In this document: piece after piece, positions 50,720 to 60,778 of the stretch
Position numbering within the stretch: the stretch's first letter is position 1
Layout: each line of letters opens with the position of its first letter
Assembly: GCA_012511555.1 (NCBI GenBank)
Contig: JAAZFX010000056.1
Coordinates: forward strand, 19,445 to 83,444
Direction: 5' to 3'
Origin: Alcaligenaceae bacterium
Lineage (GTDB): Bacteria; Pseudomonadota; Gammaproteobacteria; Burkholderiales; Burkholderiaceae_B
DNA: 64,000 nt
Translations under genes and position numbers: made by a program
The notes under the pieces: model-generated
The model's input: the letters and a program-made list of their open reading frames with translations, nothing else
Databases searched by the model: none
What the model was told of the DNA's origin: nothing

Positions 50720-51784
50720 TTAACAAGTTTTGGAGCCTAATTGTTCAAGCGCTTGTCGCGCTTTAACATAACGTGGCTCATTGTGTAATTGCTGCCAATT
50801 CATCGAAAATTCTTTAGGTACTAAATTTTTTAAACGTTGAATAGATTCCTCACTGCTTTGATGCTCTAACTGCCCTAATAACTCATCAGCCAAGTCCGGT
50901 CTATTACATACCAGAACCATATCGCAGCCTGCCGTAAAAGCAGCATTAGCCCTTTCGACAATACCACCAACCACTGAAGCACCTTCCATGGTCAAGTCAT
51001 CAGAAAAAACCATTCCCTGATAGCCCATACGCTCACGCAAAAGCTCTTGGATCCAAAACTTGGAAAAACCCGCCGGCATCGGATCAACCTTTTCATAAAT
51101 CACGTGGGCTGGCATCAGCGATGGTAGCTTCAAATGTCCCAGTGCCACATAAGGCTGAATATCCTCAGCCCAAATTTCATCAAACTCTCTGCTATCAACA
51201 GGAATGGCTACATGAGAGTCTGCCTCTACAAAACCATGACCCGGGAAATGCTTGCCACAAGCAGCCATACCGGCTTCAGCTAAACCATCAATCAGCGCTT
51301 CAGAAAGCGTTGCTACTACCTCAGGGTCACGATGAAAGGCACGATTACCGATAACCTCACTTACGCCATAATCCAGGTCCAACACGGGCGTAAAGGAGAA
51401 ATCCACACCGCAAGATAATAATTCAGCTGCTAACACATAACCTACCTCATGTGCTAACCCTACAGCGAGTTCTTGATTATCGTCCCACAACTCACCTAAT
51501 TCAGCCATCGCTGGCAAATGAGTAAAACCGTCCGTACGGCAGCGCTGTACTCGACCCCCTTCATGGTCAATCGCAATCAACAAAGGCTCATCACGGACAC
51601 CGTGAATTTGACGACACAATTCAGTGAGTTGCTTAGGGTCCTGATAGTTGCGGGCAAACAAAATCACTGCCCCTACCAAGGGATTTTTTAAACGCTCAAT
51701 CTCATGGTTTTGCAGGCACAAGCCCTCTACATCAACCATTACCGGACCTAAACTCATTGTGGAATTTTTATTATTTGATGACAT
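50720..51784 (-). CDS. nagZ: Beta-N-acetylhexosaminidase (GH3)
   Basis: DHEGGRVQR, KHFPGHG...DSH and SDDL.M. Confidence 0.95.
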   Translation of the reverse strand: MSSNNKNSTMSLGPVMVDVEGLCLQNHEIERLKNPLVGAVILFARNYQDPKQLTELCRQIHGVRDEPLLIAIDHEGGRVQRCRTDGFTHLPAMAELGELWDDNQELAVGLAHEVGYVLAAELLSCGVDFSFTPVLDLDYGVSEVIGNRAFHRDPEVVATLSEALIDGLAEAGMAACGKHFPGHGFVEADSHVAIPVDSREFDEIWAEDIQPYVALGHLKLPSLMPAHVIYEKVDPMPAGFSKFWIQELLRERMGYQGMVFSDDLTMEGASVVGGIVERANAAFTAGCDMVLVCNRPDLADELLGQLEHQSSEESIQRLKNLVPKEFSMNWQQLHNEPRYVKARQALEQLGSKTC

Positions 51785-51819
51785 AATCTGCCTTTAAATA
51801 TCTTTAATAACAACCTTGC

Positions 51820-52263
51820 TTACTGCTTACGCTCTACAATCACCAATGCCATCGCTAAATCTGATTCATCGGTTAGGGATACATGGGCTTCACCAAAACG
51901 CGACTCATACCAATTCTTTAGCTCACCGGAAAGAACAACCATGGGCTTGCCACTAGGCGCATTAAGTGTTTGCATAGCGGACCAATGCATTGGCATACGC
52001 ATACCTAAGCCTATGGCTTTGGAAAAGGCCTCTTTAGCAGCAAAACGTGTTGCTAAAAATGTAATGCCGCGATGCGGATCACGGTCATAACGGCGTTGAA
52101 ACTTCTCTCTCTCGCCAGGTCCCAAAATACGCTTTAAAAAACGTTCTCCATGACGATCATAAGACTTTTGAATTCGATTAATATAAATTAAATCAGTACC
52201 AATACCAGCAATCGCAGCCGCAACTGACGTATGCTGCGGGTCTAAAATTTTAGGGTCAAGCAT
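51820..52263 (-). CDS. acpS: Holo-ACP synthase
   Basis: [18 protein letters not shown] and HVSLTDE. Confidence 0.94.
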   Translation of the reverse strand: MLDPKILDPQHTSVAAAIAGIGTDLIYINRIQKSYDRHGERFLKRILGPGEREKFQRRYDRDPHRGITFLATRFAAKEAFSKAIGLGMRMPMHWSAMQTLNAPSGKPMVVLSGELKNWYESRFGEAHVSLTDESDLAMALVIVERKQ

Positions 52264-52287
52264 TGAATAACCTCTATATTGAGCGAA

Positions 52288-52848
52288 CTACTTGCTCTCA
52301 TCAGCTAATCTTAAAAAATTATCGCGATAATGTCTGAGCTCCTCAATCGACTCATAAATATCAGCTAAAGCCTCATGTCGTCCCTTTTTGACCACGCCTC
52401 GATAAACGTCAGGATGCCAACGCTTGGCCAATTCCTTTAGAGTACTTACGTCTAAGTTACGATAATGAAAAAAACGCTCAAAATCCGGCATATACTTGAA
52501 CATAAAGCGGCGATCCTGGCTCACTGTGTTACCACAGAGCGGCGATGCACCCTTATTAACATACTGACTCAAAAAATCAATCAATTGCTGCTCAGCCTCA
52601 GCCTCAGTGACGGTTGACGCTCTGACCCGCTCAGTCAATCCGGTGCGCCCGTGAGTTGTAGTGTTCCACTCATCCATCGCATCCAGTACCTCATCGGGCT
52701 GATGAATAACAATAACCGGACCCTCAGCCACCACAGTCAAATCAGGCTCGGTCACCACGACGGCAACCTCCAACACTCGTTCAATTTCGGGGTCTAAACC
52801 ACTCATCTCCATATCCAACCAAACTAAACGAAGGTCTCTTGACGCCAT
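52288..52848 (-). CDS. orn: Oligoribonuclease
   Basis: [15 protein letters not shown]...[13 protein letters not shown] and H.AL.DI.ESI.EL. Confidence 0.96.
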   Translation of the reverse strand: MASRDLRLVWLDMEMSGLDPEIERVLEVAVVVTEPDLTVVAEGPVIVIHQPDEVLDAMDEWNTTTHGRTGLTERVRASTVTEAEAEQQLIDFLSQYVNKGASPLCGNTVSQDRRFMFKYMPDFERFFHYRNLDVSTLKELAKRWHPDVYRGVVKKGRHEALADIYESIEELRHYRDNFLRLADESK

Positions 52849-52903
52849 AACTACTTCCTTTTGATTTAATATAATGTTTACCTAGTATTGTCGCACAGAT
52901 ATA

Positions 52904-54190
52904 TTGTTTATACAGAGCCCTATGCAAGCACATCATTTTACATTTTTATTCATTACTTTAATTATTTTGGATTTTGGTATTCGCACTTGGTTAAATATCC
53001 GCCAAATCCGCCATATTTCCAAGCACGCTACAGCAGTGCCTGAAGAGTTTGCCGACCATATCAGCCTCAAAAGCCACCAGCGTGCAGCTCGCTACAGTTT
53101 AGAGCGTTTAAGATTAGGACAAATAGAGGTTTTCTATGATGTGCTGATTTTATTAGCTTTCACTATCCTAGGTGGTGTCAATTGGTTATTTCAGACTTTC
53201 GGTTTAAACACAGAACCCACTCTCATTAAATCCTTGGTATTCATCATAGTGGTACAAGTTATCTTAAGTGTTTTAAGCTTGCCTTTTTCTATTTACAGGA
53301 CCTTTAGGCTTGAGCAAAAATACGGTTTTAATCGTATGACACCCGGGTTATTTATCAAAGACACAGTGACCAATCTTTTGTTATCGTTGGTTTTAGGCAG
53401 CATTGTCCTTATTGCTATTTTATACCTCATGCAAAATACCGAACTCTGGTGGTTATGGGCTTGGTTAGTGGTTCTAGGCTTTATGGCGGTGATGATGTAC
53501 ATAGCACCAACTTGGCTAATGCCTTTATTTAATAAATTTACCCCACTCGAAGAAGGCGATGTTAAGGATAAGATAGAGCATTTAGCTGAACGCTGCGATT
53601 TTGAACTTAGCGGTTTATTTGTTATGGATAGCTCTAAGCGTAGCTCCCACGGCAATGCTTTTTTTACAGGTTTTGGTAAAAACCGTCGTATTGTCTTTTT
53701 CGACACTTTATTGAGCAAACTCAAAGCCAACGAAATTGAGGCCATCATGGCTCACGAGCTAGGGCACTTCAAACATAAACACATTGTTAAGCGTCTTGCC
53801 ACGATGGTGATTGGTAGCTTTATCTTCTTTGCTGTACTTGGTTATGTTAGTGACAAAAGTTGGTTTTACGGTGGTTTAGGTGTAACCCTTCCAGCGCATG
53901 AAACTTACCATGCACTTACCCTAGTTTTATTTGCCTTGGTCTTACCAACCTTTACCTTCTGGCTAACACCGCTTAATAGCCGCCTATCACGTCGCGACGA
54001 GTTTGAAGCTGACGCTTTTGCTGCCAAACATAGCGATGCCAATGATTTAATCTCAGCCTTGGTTAAGCTCTACGATGACAATGCCAGTACGCTAACCCCG
54101 GACCCGGCCTTTTCAGCTTATTATGATAGCCACCCTCCTGCCACTATCCGCATTCAACATCTCAAAGAGCTTATGGGAGCTGGCGCATGA
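52904..54190 (+). CDS. M48 (Ste24-like) membrane metallopeptidase
   Basis: HELGH, EFEAD and YDSHPP; start may be ATG 52922. Confidence 0.92.
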   Translation: MFIQSPMQAHHFTFLFITLIILDFGIRTWLNIRQIRHISKHATAVPEEFADHISLKSHQRAARYSLERLRLGQIEVFYDVLILLAFTILGGVNWLFQTFGLNTEPTLIKSLVFIIVVQVILSVLSLPFSIYRTFRLEQKYGFNRMTPGLFIKDTVTNLLLSLVLGSIVLIAILYLMQNTELWWLWAWLVVLGFMAVMMYIAPTWLMPLFNKFTPLEEGDVKDKIEHLAERCDFELSGLFVMDSSKRSSHGNAFFTGFGKNRRIVFFDTLLSKLKANEIEAIMAHELGHFKHKHIVKRLATMVIGSFIFFAVLGYVSDKSWFYGGLGVTLPAHETYHALTLVLFALVLPTFTFWLTPLNSRLSRRDEFEADAFAAKHSDANDLISALVKLYDDNASTLTPDPAFSAYYDSHPPATIRIQHLKELMGAGA

Positions 54191-55083
54191 TGCAAGGACG
54201 TATTATCTCTGCTCACGGGAGACATTATGTGGCGCGAGTAGAAGGTCAGTTATGGCATTGCTATACTCGTGGCAAAAAGGCAGGGATATGCGTTGGTGAT
54301 TACGTAGAGATTTCCCCCCAAGGTAATAATGAAGCTCGCATAGAAAAGGTACTGGAACGTAAAAACCTGCTTTATCGTAGTGACGAAATGCGCAGTAAAC
54401 AATTTGCTGCCAACGTCGATGTCCTACTATTGATTACTGCGGTAGAGCCAAAGTTTTCTGACGATTTATTAGGTCGTGCCCTAACCGCTGCCTGGTGTGA
54501 GGATCTTCAACCTTATATTATTTTAAATAAAATCGATTTAGAAAAAGGCGTCACTGAAGCACGAGATAGATTAAAACGTTACCAGGACTTGGGCGTAGAG
54601 GTCATTGAGTGCAGTATTCACCAGCCTGAAGATCTTGCTGCCAAGCTACTTCCCAAAGTTAAGGGGCAAACAGCCATACTACTTGGTCAAAGCGCAATGG
54701 GTAAATCCAGTATTTTAAATGTACTAGTACCGACTGCCAATGCTCATACCCAAGAGCATTCACACGCGCTGGGAGCTGGTCGTCATACCACCACAAAAAC
54801 TGAGCTCTATGAGGTCAGAGAAAACGATGAAATTATCGCTTCTTTGATTGATTCGCCGGGTTTTCAAAATTTCGGTCTACTGCACTTAAATGACACAGAA
54901 ATTGTGAAAGGTTTTCCGGAATTTAGTGACGCCATAAAAAACTGCCGCTTTTATAATTGCCGTCACCTGCGGGAACCTGGCTGCGGAGTTACTGATGCTC
55001 TTGCCAATGGACAAATACATCCCGAACGCTATGCACTCTATGAGCGCATCATTGCTGAAAATGATGCCGTAACTAAATGGTAG
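54187..55083 (+). CDS. rsgA: Ribosome small subunit-dependent GTPase A
   Basis: NKID, GQSAMGKS, GRHTT, DSPG and a CRFYNCRH..EPGC Zn site. Confidence 0.95.
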   Translation: MMQGRIISAHGRHYVARVEGQLWHCYTRGKKAGICVGDYVEISPQGNNEARIEKVLERKNLLYRSDEMRSKQFAANVDVLLLITAVEPKFSDDLLGRALTAAWCEDLQPYIILNKIDLEKGVTEARDRLKRYQDLGVEVIECSIHQPEDLAAKLLPKVKGQTAILLGQSAMGKSSILNVLVPTANAHTQEHSHALGAGRHTTTKTELYEVRENDEIIASLIDSPGFQNFGLLHLNDTEIVKGFPEFSDAIKNCRFYNCRHLREPGCGVTDALANGQIHPERYALYERIIAENDAVTKW

Positions 55084-55110
55084 TTTGTTGTAGCTGGGGC
55101 TAGAGGCACG

Positions 55111-55818
55111 CTAGCGCGCTTGCTGAATACGCTGATATAAATTGCGCAAAATCGAGGCAGTCGCCCCCCAAATGAAATGATTAGCCCAAGTAATCCCATA
55201 GTAGCTAAATGGCAAGATGGAATTTGGTGCTGTATAAAGACGATAATTGTTTGGATCAGTTAAATAACTAAGAGGTACTAAAAAAACCTCTTCAACTTCT
55301 CTGACATCAATCATAAAATTAGATACCTCAGACATCCGCCCCAGGTAAGAACTCATAGCATAACCGGTACCCGTATAAAAAATAGGCATCTCGCCAAAAA
55401 CATCGATCTTGGAACGCTCTACCCCAATTTCTTCTTCTGTTTCTCGTAAAGCTGCGTCTTCAAGATCTTTATCATTTCCCTCAAATCGACCACCAGGAAA
55501 ACTAATCTGACCTCGATGATTTCTAAGCTTTGAGGAGCGCTTAGTTAAGACGACTTGCTCTTGATTATCTTTTACTACAATAGGGATTAAAACACCGGCT
55601 TCAATAAAACTACTTTTAATGACAGCCTTTTGTGAATTCCACTGCTTAACCAGCCGATCTTCCTGCCAGACATATTCGGGAGAGAAGGCCCGTTGAATTA
55701 ACTCGGGTAATTCCTCACCACCAATAATGGGTAAACCGAAGCCGGCAGATTCGGAGGGTTGAATCAAAGGGTTAAAATCAGGAGAGGACCTAGACAAAAG
55801 ACCTTGTGTTTTGCTCAT
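55111..55818 (-). CDS. CoA pyrophosphatase (Nudix, NudL-like)
   Basis: LTKRS..LR.H.GQISFPGG, AALRETEEEIG and IWGATA. Confidence 0.9.
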   Translation of the reverse strand: MSKTQGLLSRSSPDFNPLIQPSESAGFGLPIIGGEELPELIQRAFSPEYVWQEDRLVKQWNSQKAVIKSSFIEAGVLIPIVVKDNQEQVVLTKRSSKLRNHRGQISFPGGRFEGNDKDLEDAALRETEEEIGVERSKIDVFGEMPIFYTGTGYAMSSYLGRMSEVSNFMIDVREVEEVFLVPLSYLTDPNNYRLYTAPNSILPFSYYGITWANHFIWGATASILRNLYQRIQQAR

Positions 55819-55947
55819 TAAATTAATAATAATTAGAATATTTAATAAAAATCAATAGCTTATATTATATAGCTCAATTAAAAATTAGCAATGAACAAAA
55901 AGAAAGGAATGATTAATTATTGCTACAGAAGCAACAATTCGATTAAA

Positions 55948-55982
55948 AAAGCATGCTTTCAGAGAAACCGAAAACATGCTTT
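55948..55982 (-). terminator. Terminator after rplS
   Basis: AAAGCATG...CATGCTTT stem with a T-tract on the minus strand. Confidence 0.6.
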
Positions 55983-56018
55983 ATAGAGAGAACTATCGCG
56001 AAATTTGTAAACTAAAAA

Positions 56019-56396
56019 TTACTTAGCAACAACTTTACGAACTAACTTCTCTTTAATGCGAGCAGCTTTACCAGAACGGTTACGTAAGTAGTAAAGCTTA
56101 GCGCGGCGCACTGCACCACGGCGTTTAACTTCGATTGAAGCGATTTGCTGAGAGTACAACTGGAAGGTACGCTCAACAGCTTCACCCGATGAAATCTTGC
56201 GAACAATAAAAGCAGAGTTTAAACCACGGTTGCGCTTGGCAATAACCACGCCTTCGTAGGCCTGAGTACGCTTACGAGTACCCTCAATTACGTTAACGTT
56301 TACCACAACGGTATCACCAGGACCGAATTCAGGCATCGTCTTACCATCTGTAAGGCGCTGAATTTCTTCCTGCTCAAGAGTTTGAATTAAATTCAT
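56019..56396 (-). CDS. rplS: 50S ribosomal protein bL19
   Basis: [11 protein letters not shown]...PEFGPGDTV...QAYEGVVIA...[10 protein letters not shown]; start is ATG 56396 rather than 56480. Confidence 0.97.
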   Translation of the reverse strand: MNLIQTLEQEEIQRLTDGKTMPEFGPGDTVVVNVNVIEGTRKRTQAYEGVVIAKRNRGLNSAFIVRKISSGEAVERTFQLYSQQIASIEVKRRGAVRRAKLYYLRNRSGKAARIKEKLVRKVVAK

Positions 56397-56531
56397 TATG
56401 GACCCCAAAAAATCCAAATCATCATACGCAACGAAAGTGCTCCATGCCACTCTTGTTCTTAGTTGACTATGAGTGGCCATGTAAATTACAAACCCATGTA
56501 ACTTAATTGCCAGAGGATGAGTAAGCCAAAG

Positions 56532-56561
56532 ATTTTACCCTTAAAATCAGTCGCTTGTCAA
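56532..56561 (-). promoter_or_regulatory. Sigma70 promoter for rplS
   Basis: Minus strand TTGACA (56561-56556), 18-bp spacer, TAAAAT (56537-56532). Confidence 0.7.
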
Positions 56562-56645
56562 TCATCGAGGGTACTTAATTTAGCATCAAAAGAGCTGTGT
56601 TGTAAAGTAGCCTGATTTGAGGAGCAATTTAAAATTTAACGCTTA

Positions 56646-57509
56646 TTAAAATTTATTAATAGGAATCTTAAAATAAGTCGTGCCATTATCTTCAGCCGGA
56701 GGAAACTCACCAGCACGCATATTGAGTTGCACTGAAGGTAAAATCAACTTAGGCATAGAAAGCGTCGCATCACGCTCAGTACGCATCTTTACATACTCTG
56801 CTTCGCTTATGCCACCGCCAACATGAATGTTGTTGTCACGCTGCTCTTTGATAGTCGTTTTAAACTCAAAATAATCACGCCCCTCTGCTTGGTAGTCATG
56901 ACATAAATACACCACTGTGTCATCAGGTAGCTGAAAAAGCTTTTGTATGGAACGATAAAGAGTAGCCGCGTCACCACCTGGGAAATCACATCGAGCAGTT
57001 CCATAATCCGGCATAAACAAGGTATCACCGACAAAAACCGCATCATCAATAAGATAACTGAGACAGGCAGGAGTATGGCCCGGTGTATGAATCACTCGAG
57101 CATTTAAACCACCAATTTGAAAGCTATCACCGTCTTTAAAAATTTGACCAAACTGACTGCCATCGCGCTGAAAGCTACTTTCAGCATTAAATATATCACC
57201 AAAGACATTTTGCACGGTAGTGATGTATTCGCCAATCGCTATACACCCTCCAAGCTGCTCTTTTAAATAAGGTGCAGCAGACAGGTGATCAGCATGTATA
57301 TGCGTTTCTAATAACCACTCTACTTCAATTGCCTGCTCTCTGACATAGGCTATGATTTGATCTGCTGTTGTAGTTGAAGTACGACCAGCAGCATGGTCAT
57401 AATCTAATACAGAATCAATGATAGCGGCTTTTTTAGTTGCGGGATCGCTGACTGCATAACTATAAGTATAGGTATCGGCATGGAAAAACTCTTGTACATT
57501 CATGGGCAT
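56646..57509 (-). CDS. MBL-fold persulfide (sulfur) dioxygenase, Blh/SdoA type
   Basis: IIDSVLDYD, ETHIHADHLSA, TPGHTPAC, GDTLFMPDYGTARCDFPGG, CHDY and R..RDATL.MP.LI.PS.Q.N. Confidence 0.85.
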   Translation of the reverse strand: MPMNVQEFFHADTYTYSYAVSDPATKKAAIIDSVLDYDHAAGRTSTTTADQIIAYVREQAIEVEWLLETHIHADHLSAAPYLKEQLGGCIAIGEYITTVQNVFGDIFNAESSFQRDGSQFGQIFKDGDSFQIGGLNARVIHTPGHTPACLSYLIDDAVFVGDTLFMPDYGTARCDFPGGDAATLYRSIQKLFQLPDDTVVYLCHDYQAEGRDYFEFKTTIKEQRDNNIHVGGGISEAEYVKMRTERDATLSMPKLILPSVQLNMRAGEFPPAEDNGTTYFKIPINKF

Positions 57510-57525
57510 TATCCTTAATAAACTA

Positions 57526-57555
57526 AATATATATTAGATAATATTAATATACATT
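57526..57555. promoter_or_regulatory. AT-rich inverted repeat upstream of the persulfide dioxygenase gene (candidate operator)
   Basis: AATATATATTA-N8-TAATATACATT, one mismatch. Confidence 0.4.
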
Positions 57556-57559
57556 AAAT

Positions 57560-58462
57560 TCAACTTTTTGTCGCCCCATTAAAACGATAGCCAAAAGCAA
57601 AATCTACAAATTTGTTATACGCATCTGAATGCACACTTTTTTTATTTTCTAAAAAATATAAAGGTCGAATTAGAGCTTCAGCATCACGAATTGACAGAAC
57701 TTGAATTTTATTCAACTCAAGTAAATCTTGTAAAGCAAAACGGGATAAACAGCCTACTCCAAGATCATTAATGACAGCCTGCTTAATCGCCTCGGAGTTT
57801 CCCAACTCTAAAATATCGATAGTTTCTAAATATTGCAGTAAATTTTGTTGAACAAAGGTTCGGGTACCAGAGCCTGTTTCCCGAAGAATAAGAGGCACTC
57901 TCTCTAAATCTCTAATATTTGATAATACTCCGCCCGACTCCAAGAAACGACTATTTTGGGCAGCAAATAAGACTAATTCATCCTCCGTCCAAACTCTCGC
58001 TTTGAGTTCCACAAAAGGATTATCACCTTCTATAAAGCCCAAGTCATACTCATAATTCAGCAAGCCTTGGCAAATATCTGTCGTATTAAAAATAGCCAAA
58101 CTAATATCAATTTCAGGATAGAGCCCTTGAAAATCGCGAATCATTTTAGGCAACAGATAATTGCCAATGGTGGTGCTGGCGCCGATGACTAAGCGTGCTA
58201 CCTTAAGATTAAACAAATACTCGATTTGCTCTACCTGTTTTAAGGCCCCTCCAGCTAATGAACTCAACATATGCGCCTGCTGTGTAGGCAACAAGCGTTT
58301 GCCTACTCGTTGAAATAAAATAGTATCCAAATGCTTTTCTAACTCGGCTAAAGACATACTCACAGCAGATTGTGACAAAAAAACCTGCGCAGCTGCTGCC
58401 ACAGTAGAACCTTGGTGGTAGACCGCCAAAAAGACTTCCAATTGCTTTAAAGTAATTTTCAC
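57560..58462 (-). CDS. LysR regulator, YeiE type
   Basis: ITLKQLEVF...LSQSAVS HTH, IGASTTIGNYLLP, LRETGSGTR and ELGNSEAIK; divergent from a yeiH-like gene. Confidence 0.88.
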   Translation of the reverse strand: MKITLKQLEVFLAVYHQGSTVAAAAQVFLSQSAVSMSLAELEKHLDTILFQRVGKRLLPTQQAHMLSSLAGGALKQVEQIEYLFNLKVARLVIGASTTIGNYLLPKMIRDFQGLYPEIDISLAIFNTTDICQGLLNYEYDLGFIEGDNPFVELKARVWTEDELVLFAAQNSRFLESGGVLSNIRDLERVPLILRETGSGTRTFVQQNLLQYLETIDILELGNSEAIKQAVINDLGVGCLSRFALQDLLELNKIQVLSIRDAEALIRPLYFLENKKSVHSDAYNKFVDFAFGYRFNGATKS

Positions 58463-58601
58463 AGATGTCCTTTAATACAAAAAACTTAATCTATCAATTT
58501 TACTGATAGATTATACCTATATTACTGATTTTCATTAAGCTATCAATACGTGTAATATTAATGACATTAAAATTACCTACGACTGACGTTTTAAGCCCGA
58601 C

Positions 58602-59675
58602 ATGAATCAAACACAAATCAAGCAAAAGAGCACGTTAAGCAGTACTGCCAGCAATATAAAAAGTTTATTGCCCGGCTTACTGCTAATTGGCATGATTGTA
58701 TTCATATCGACTATTTTGGTGACCATAGGTATCGGTCAACGCTACGGTTTAAGTCCGCTTATTTACTCTATTTTACTAGGCATGCTGGTGGGTAATACTT
58801 TTTTCAACAAAACCATCCATGCAACTTTTGATGGAGTCAGTTTTGCTAAAAGCAAATTGCTACGTTTAGGCATTATTCTTTATGGTTTTCATTTAACCAT
58901 TAGTCAAGTCTGGTCCTTGGGCCTTCAAGCTATCTTCATTGATGCCTGTATGCTAATTTCTACTTTTATGTTGACCTATTGGCTTGGCACTAAGGTACTA
59001 AAGATGGATAAAGACACCTGTATTTTGACTGGCGCCGGCTGTAGTATTTGCGGGGCAGCTGCCATTATGGCTACAGCCTCAATCTCAAGAGCTAAAACTT
59101 CTGCCGTCACTCAAGCAGTAACAGTGATTGTGTTATTTGGCACCCTTGCAATTTTCATTTACCCGATTCTTTTTCCTATTTTCACCAATTACATCAGTGA
59201 ATCGGCTTTTGGTGTCTACATCGGCTCTTCAGTACATGAAGTAGCTCAAGTCGTGGCAATTGGCAAGGTCTTAGGTGAGGATGTAGCAGATACCGCGATT
59301 CTGGCAAAAATGGTACGAGTTATTATGTTGGCACCATTTTTATTTGCCATATCTTTTATATTTTATGGCAAAAGTAGTAAAAGTTCTGCTATCAGTAACA
59401 AGGATAGTACTCCACAACGCTTCCTTTTACCCTGGTTTGCTGTTTGGTTTTTAGGCATAATTGTACTGAACTCTATTTTGCCTTTACCGCAAAGTGTAGT
59501 AGAGAGTATTTTATTCATTGATAATATTTTATTAATGATGGCCATGGCTGCTCTAGGACTTAGTACCCAGTTCGCAACCTTTAAAGCCGCCGGTCCACGT
59601 TCTTTTATCTTAGGATTGATGATATTTGTCTGGCTAATCGTGGCAGGTATCGCACTACAGCTACTCTTTGCTTAG
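58602..59675 (+). CDS. YeiH/UPF0324 family membrane protein (putative sulfate/sulfite exporter)
   Basis: LLRLGIILYGF.LT, GCSICGAAA, HEVAQV and K..RV..LAP. Confidence 0.9.
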   Translation: MNQTQIKQKSTLSSTASNIKSLLPGLLLIGMIVFISTILVTIGIGQRYGLSPLIYSILLGMLVGNTFFNKTIHATFDGVSFAKSKLLRLGIILYGFHLTISQVWSLGLQAIFIDACMLISTFMLTYWLGTKVLKMDKDTCILTGAGCSICGAAAIMATASISRAKTSAVTQAVTVIVLFGTLAIFIYPILFPIFTNYISESAFGVYIGSSVHEVAQVVAIGKVLGEDVADTAILAKMVRVIMLAPFLFAISFIFYGKSSKSSAISNKDSTPQRFLLPWFAVWFLGIIVLNSILPLPQSVVESILFIDNILLMMAMAALGLSTQFATFKAAGPRSFILGLMIFVWLIVAGIALQLLFA

Positions 59676-60778
59676 TCAACACCGAGATTCAGGCGGACTC
59701 TACCTCGTTCCACTACAATAAAATAGTTTTGATGCTTTAAACGCAAGCCGCGGTCAAAGCCCAATTGATGCACTTCTCTTAACTGACGTAGCCAATCATT
59801 AATACGCCGCTCCGTAGGCATAGGAATATCATGCAAACTAAGCCAATAGCGCAAGACATTAGCTTGTCTGCGCGCAGACAATTCACGCCAAGAAGCTAAG
59901 CAAAAGTCCGTAGACTCATCTCTCGGGTCAAGTGATTGCAAATCAGCTTCAGCCACCTCATCTAAAAGAGCTTGTGCATCTAACATAAGGTGCGCATGAC
60001 GCCCAAGGTTTTGCTTCCATTGTGGCCACGCTTCATCCAAGCCAGGGATCAATAAGCGACGCACAGCCGCTCTTTTGTAACGCAGATCCAAATTACTGGG
60101 GTCTCGAATCATCTCAAAACCGCTTAGCTTGGTAAATAAAGCAGCTGCGTCGATAATAATTTGCCGCTCAATCGCCAACCAAGGGCGATGATAGAGCACA
60201 CCACCATAGCTGTGCCTTGCTAACATACCACCCATACCCTTGACTCCCGTACCACGAAGCAGGCGCAACAATAAGGTTTCAGCTTGATCATTTAAGTGAT
60301 GGGCCAAGATAAAATCGCAAATATCATACTCTTGGCAATATTGGCTATAGGCTTGATAGCGAGCTATTCGAGCAGCAGCCTCTTCACCTAATCCGCTTTG
60401 TCGTTCGACATCGACTCTCAGGACTTTACATTCAAAACCCAGATAAACAGCTAGTGCCTGACAATGTTCAGCCCAAGTATCCGCATCGTTCATTAAGCCA
60501 TGGTGAATATGAACTATATGCAAAGCTATATTAAATTGCCGAACTAGAGGAGCCAAAGTGACTAATAACATGGACGAGTCTGCGCCACCACTTAAACCAA
60601 TGGCAACTTTTGCTTTTAGCCCCTGTTTATTTGAAATTTCTTGAAAAGAAGCCAGTAGCTCGAGCAACGGCTCAGTTAAGGTGTTGCTTGCTTTGGCTTC
60701 ATAAAAACTATTTAATTGAGGATAGTAATGATGGTACTCACTACTTAATTGCTTAGGCTTTTTCGAGGAAGCTGCCAT
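59672..60778 (-). CDS. tilS: tRNA(Ile)-lysidine synthetase
   Basis: SGGADS PP-loop, H.HHGL, AAR..RY, AHH..DQAET.L.RL.RG and DPSN. Confidence 0.93.
   Translation of the reverse strand: MAASSKKPKQLSSEYHHYYPQLNSFYEAKASNTLTEPLLELLASFQEISNKQGLKAKVAIGLSGGADSSMLLVTLAPLVRQFNIALHIVHIHHGLMNDADTWAEHCQALAVYLGFECKVLRVDVERQSGLGEEAAARIARYQAYSQYCQEYDICDFILAHHLNDQAETLLLRLLRGTGVKGMGGMLARHSYGGVLYHRPWLAIERQIIIDAAALFTKLSGFEMIRDPSNLDLRYKRAAVRRLLIPGLDEAWPQWKQNLGRHAHLMLDAQALLDEVAEADLQSLDPRDESTDFCLASWRELSARRQANVLRYWLSLHDIPMPTERRINDWLRQLREVHQLGFDRGLRLKHQNYFIVVERGRVRLNLGVD

Noticed and set aside
56397-56480. 28-aa N-terminal extension of bL19 in the ORF track
   Set aside because: bL19 homology begins at MNLIQ (56396). 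The upstream ATG lies at the edge of a leader hairpin with no RBS.
56646-57509. MBL-fold gene as a possible beta-lactamase
   Set aside because: It has no signal peptide, and its motifs match persulfide dioxygenases rather than B1-B3 beta-lactamases.
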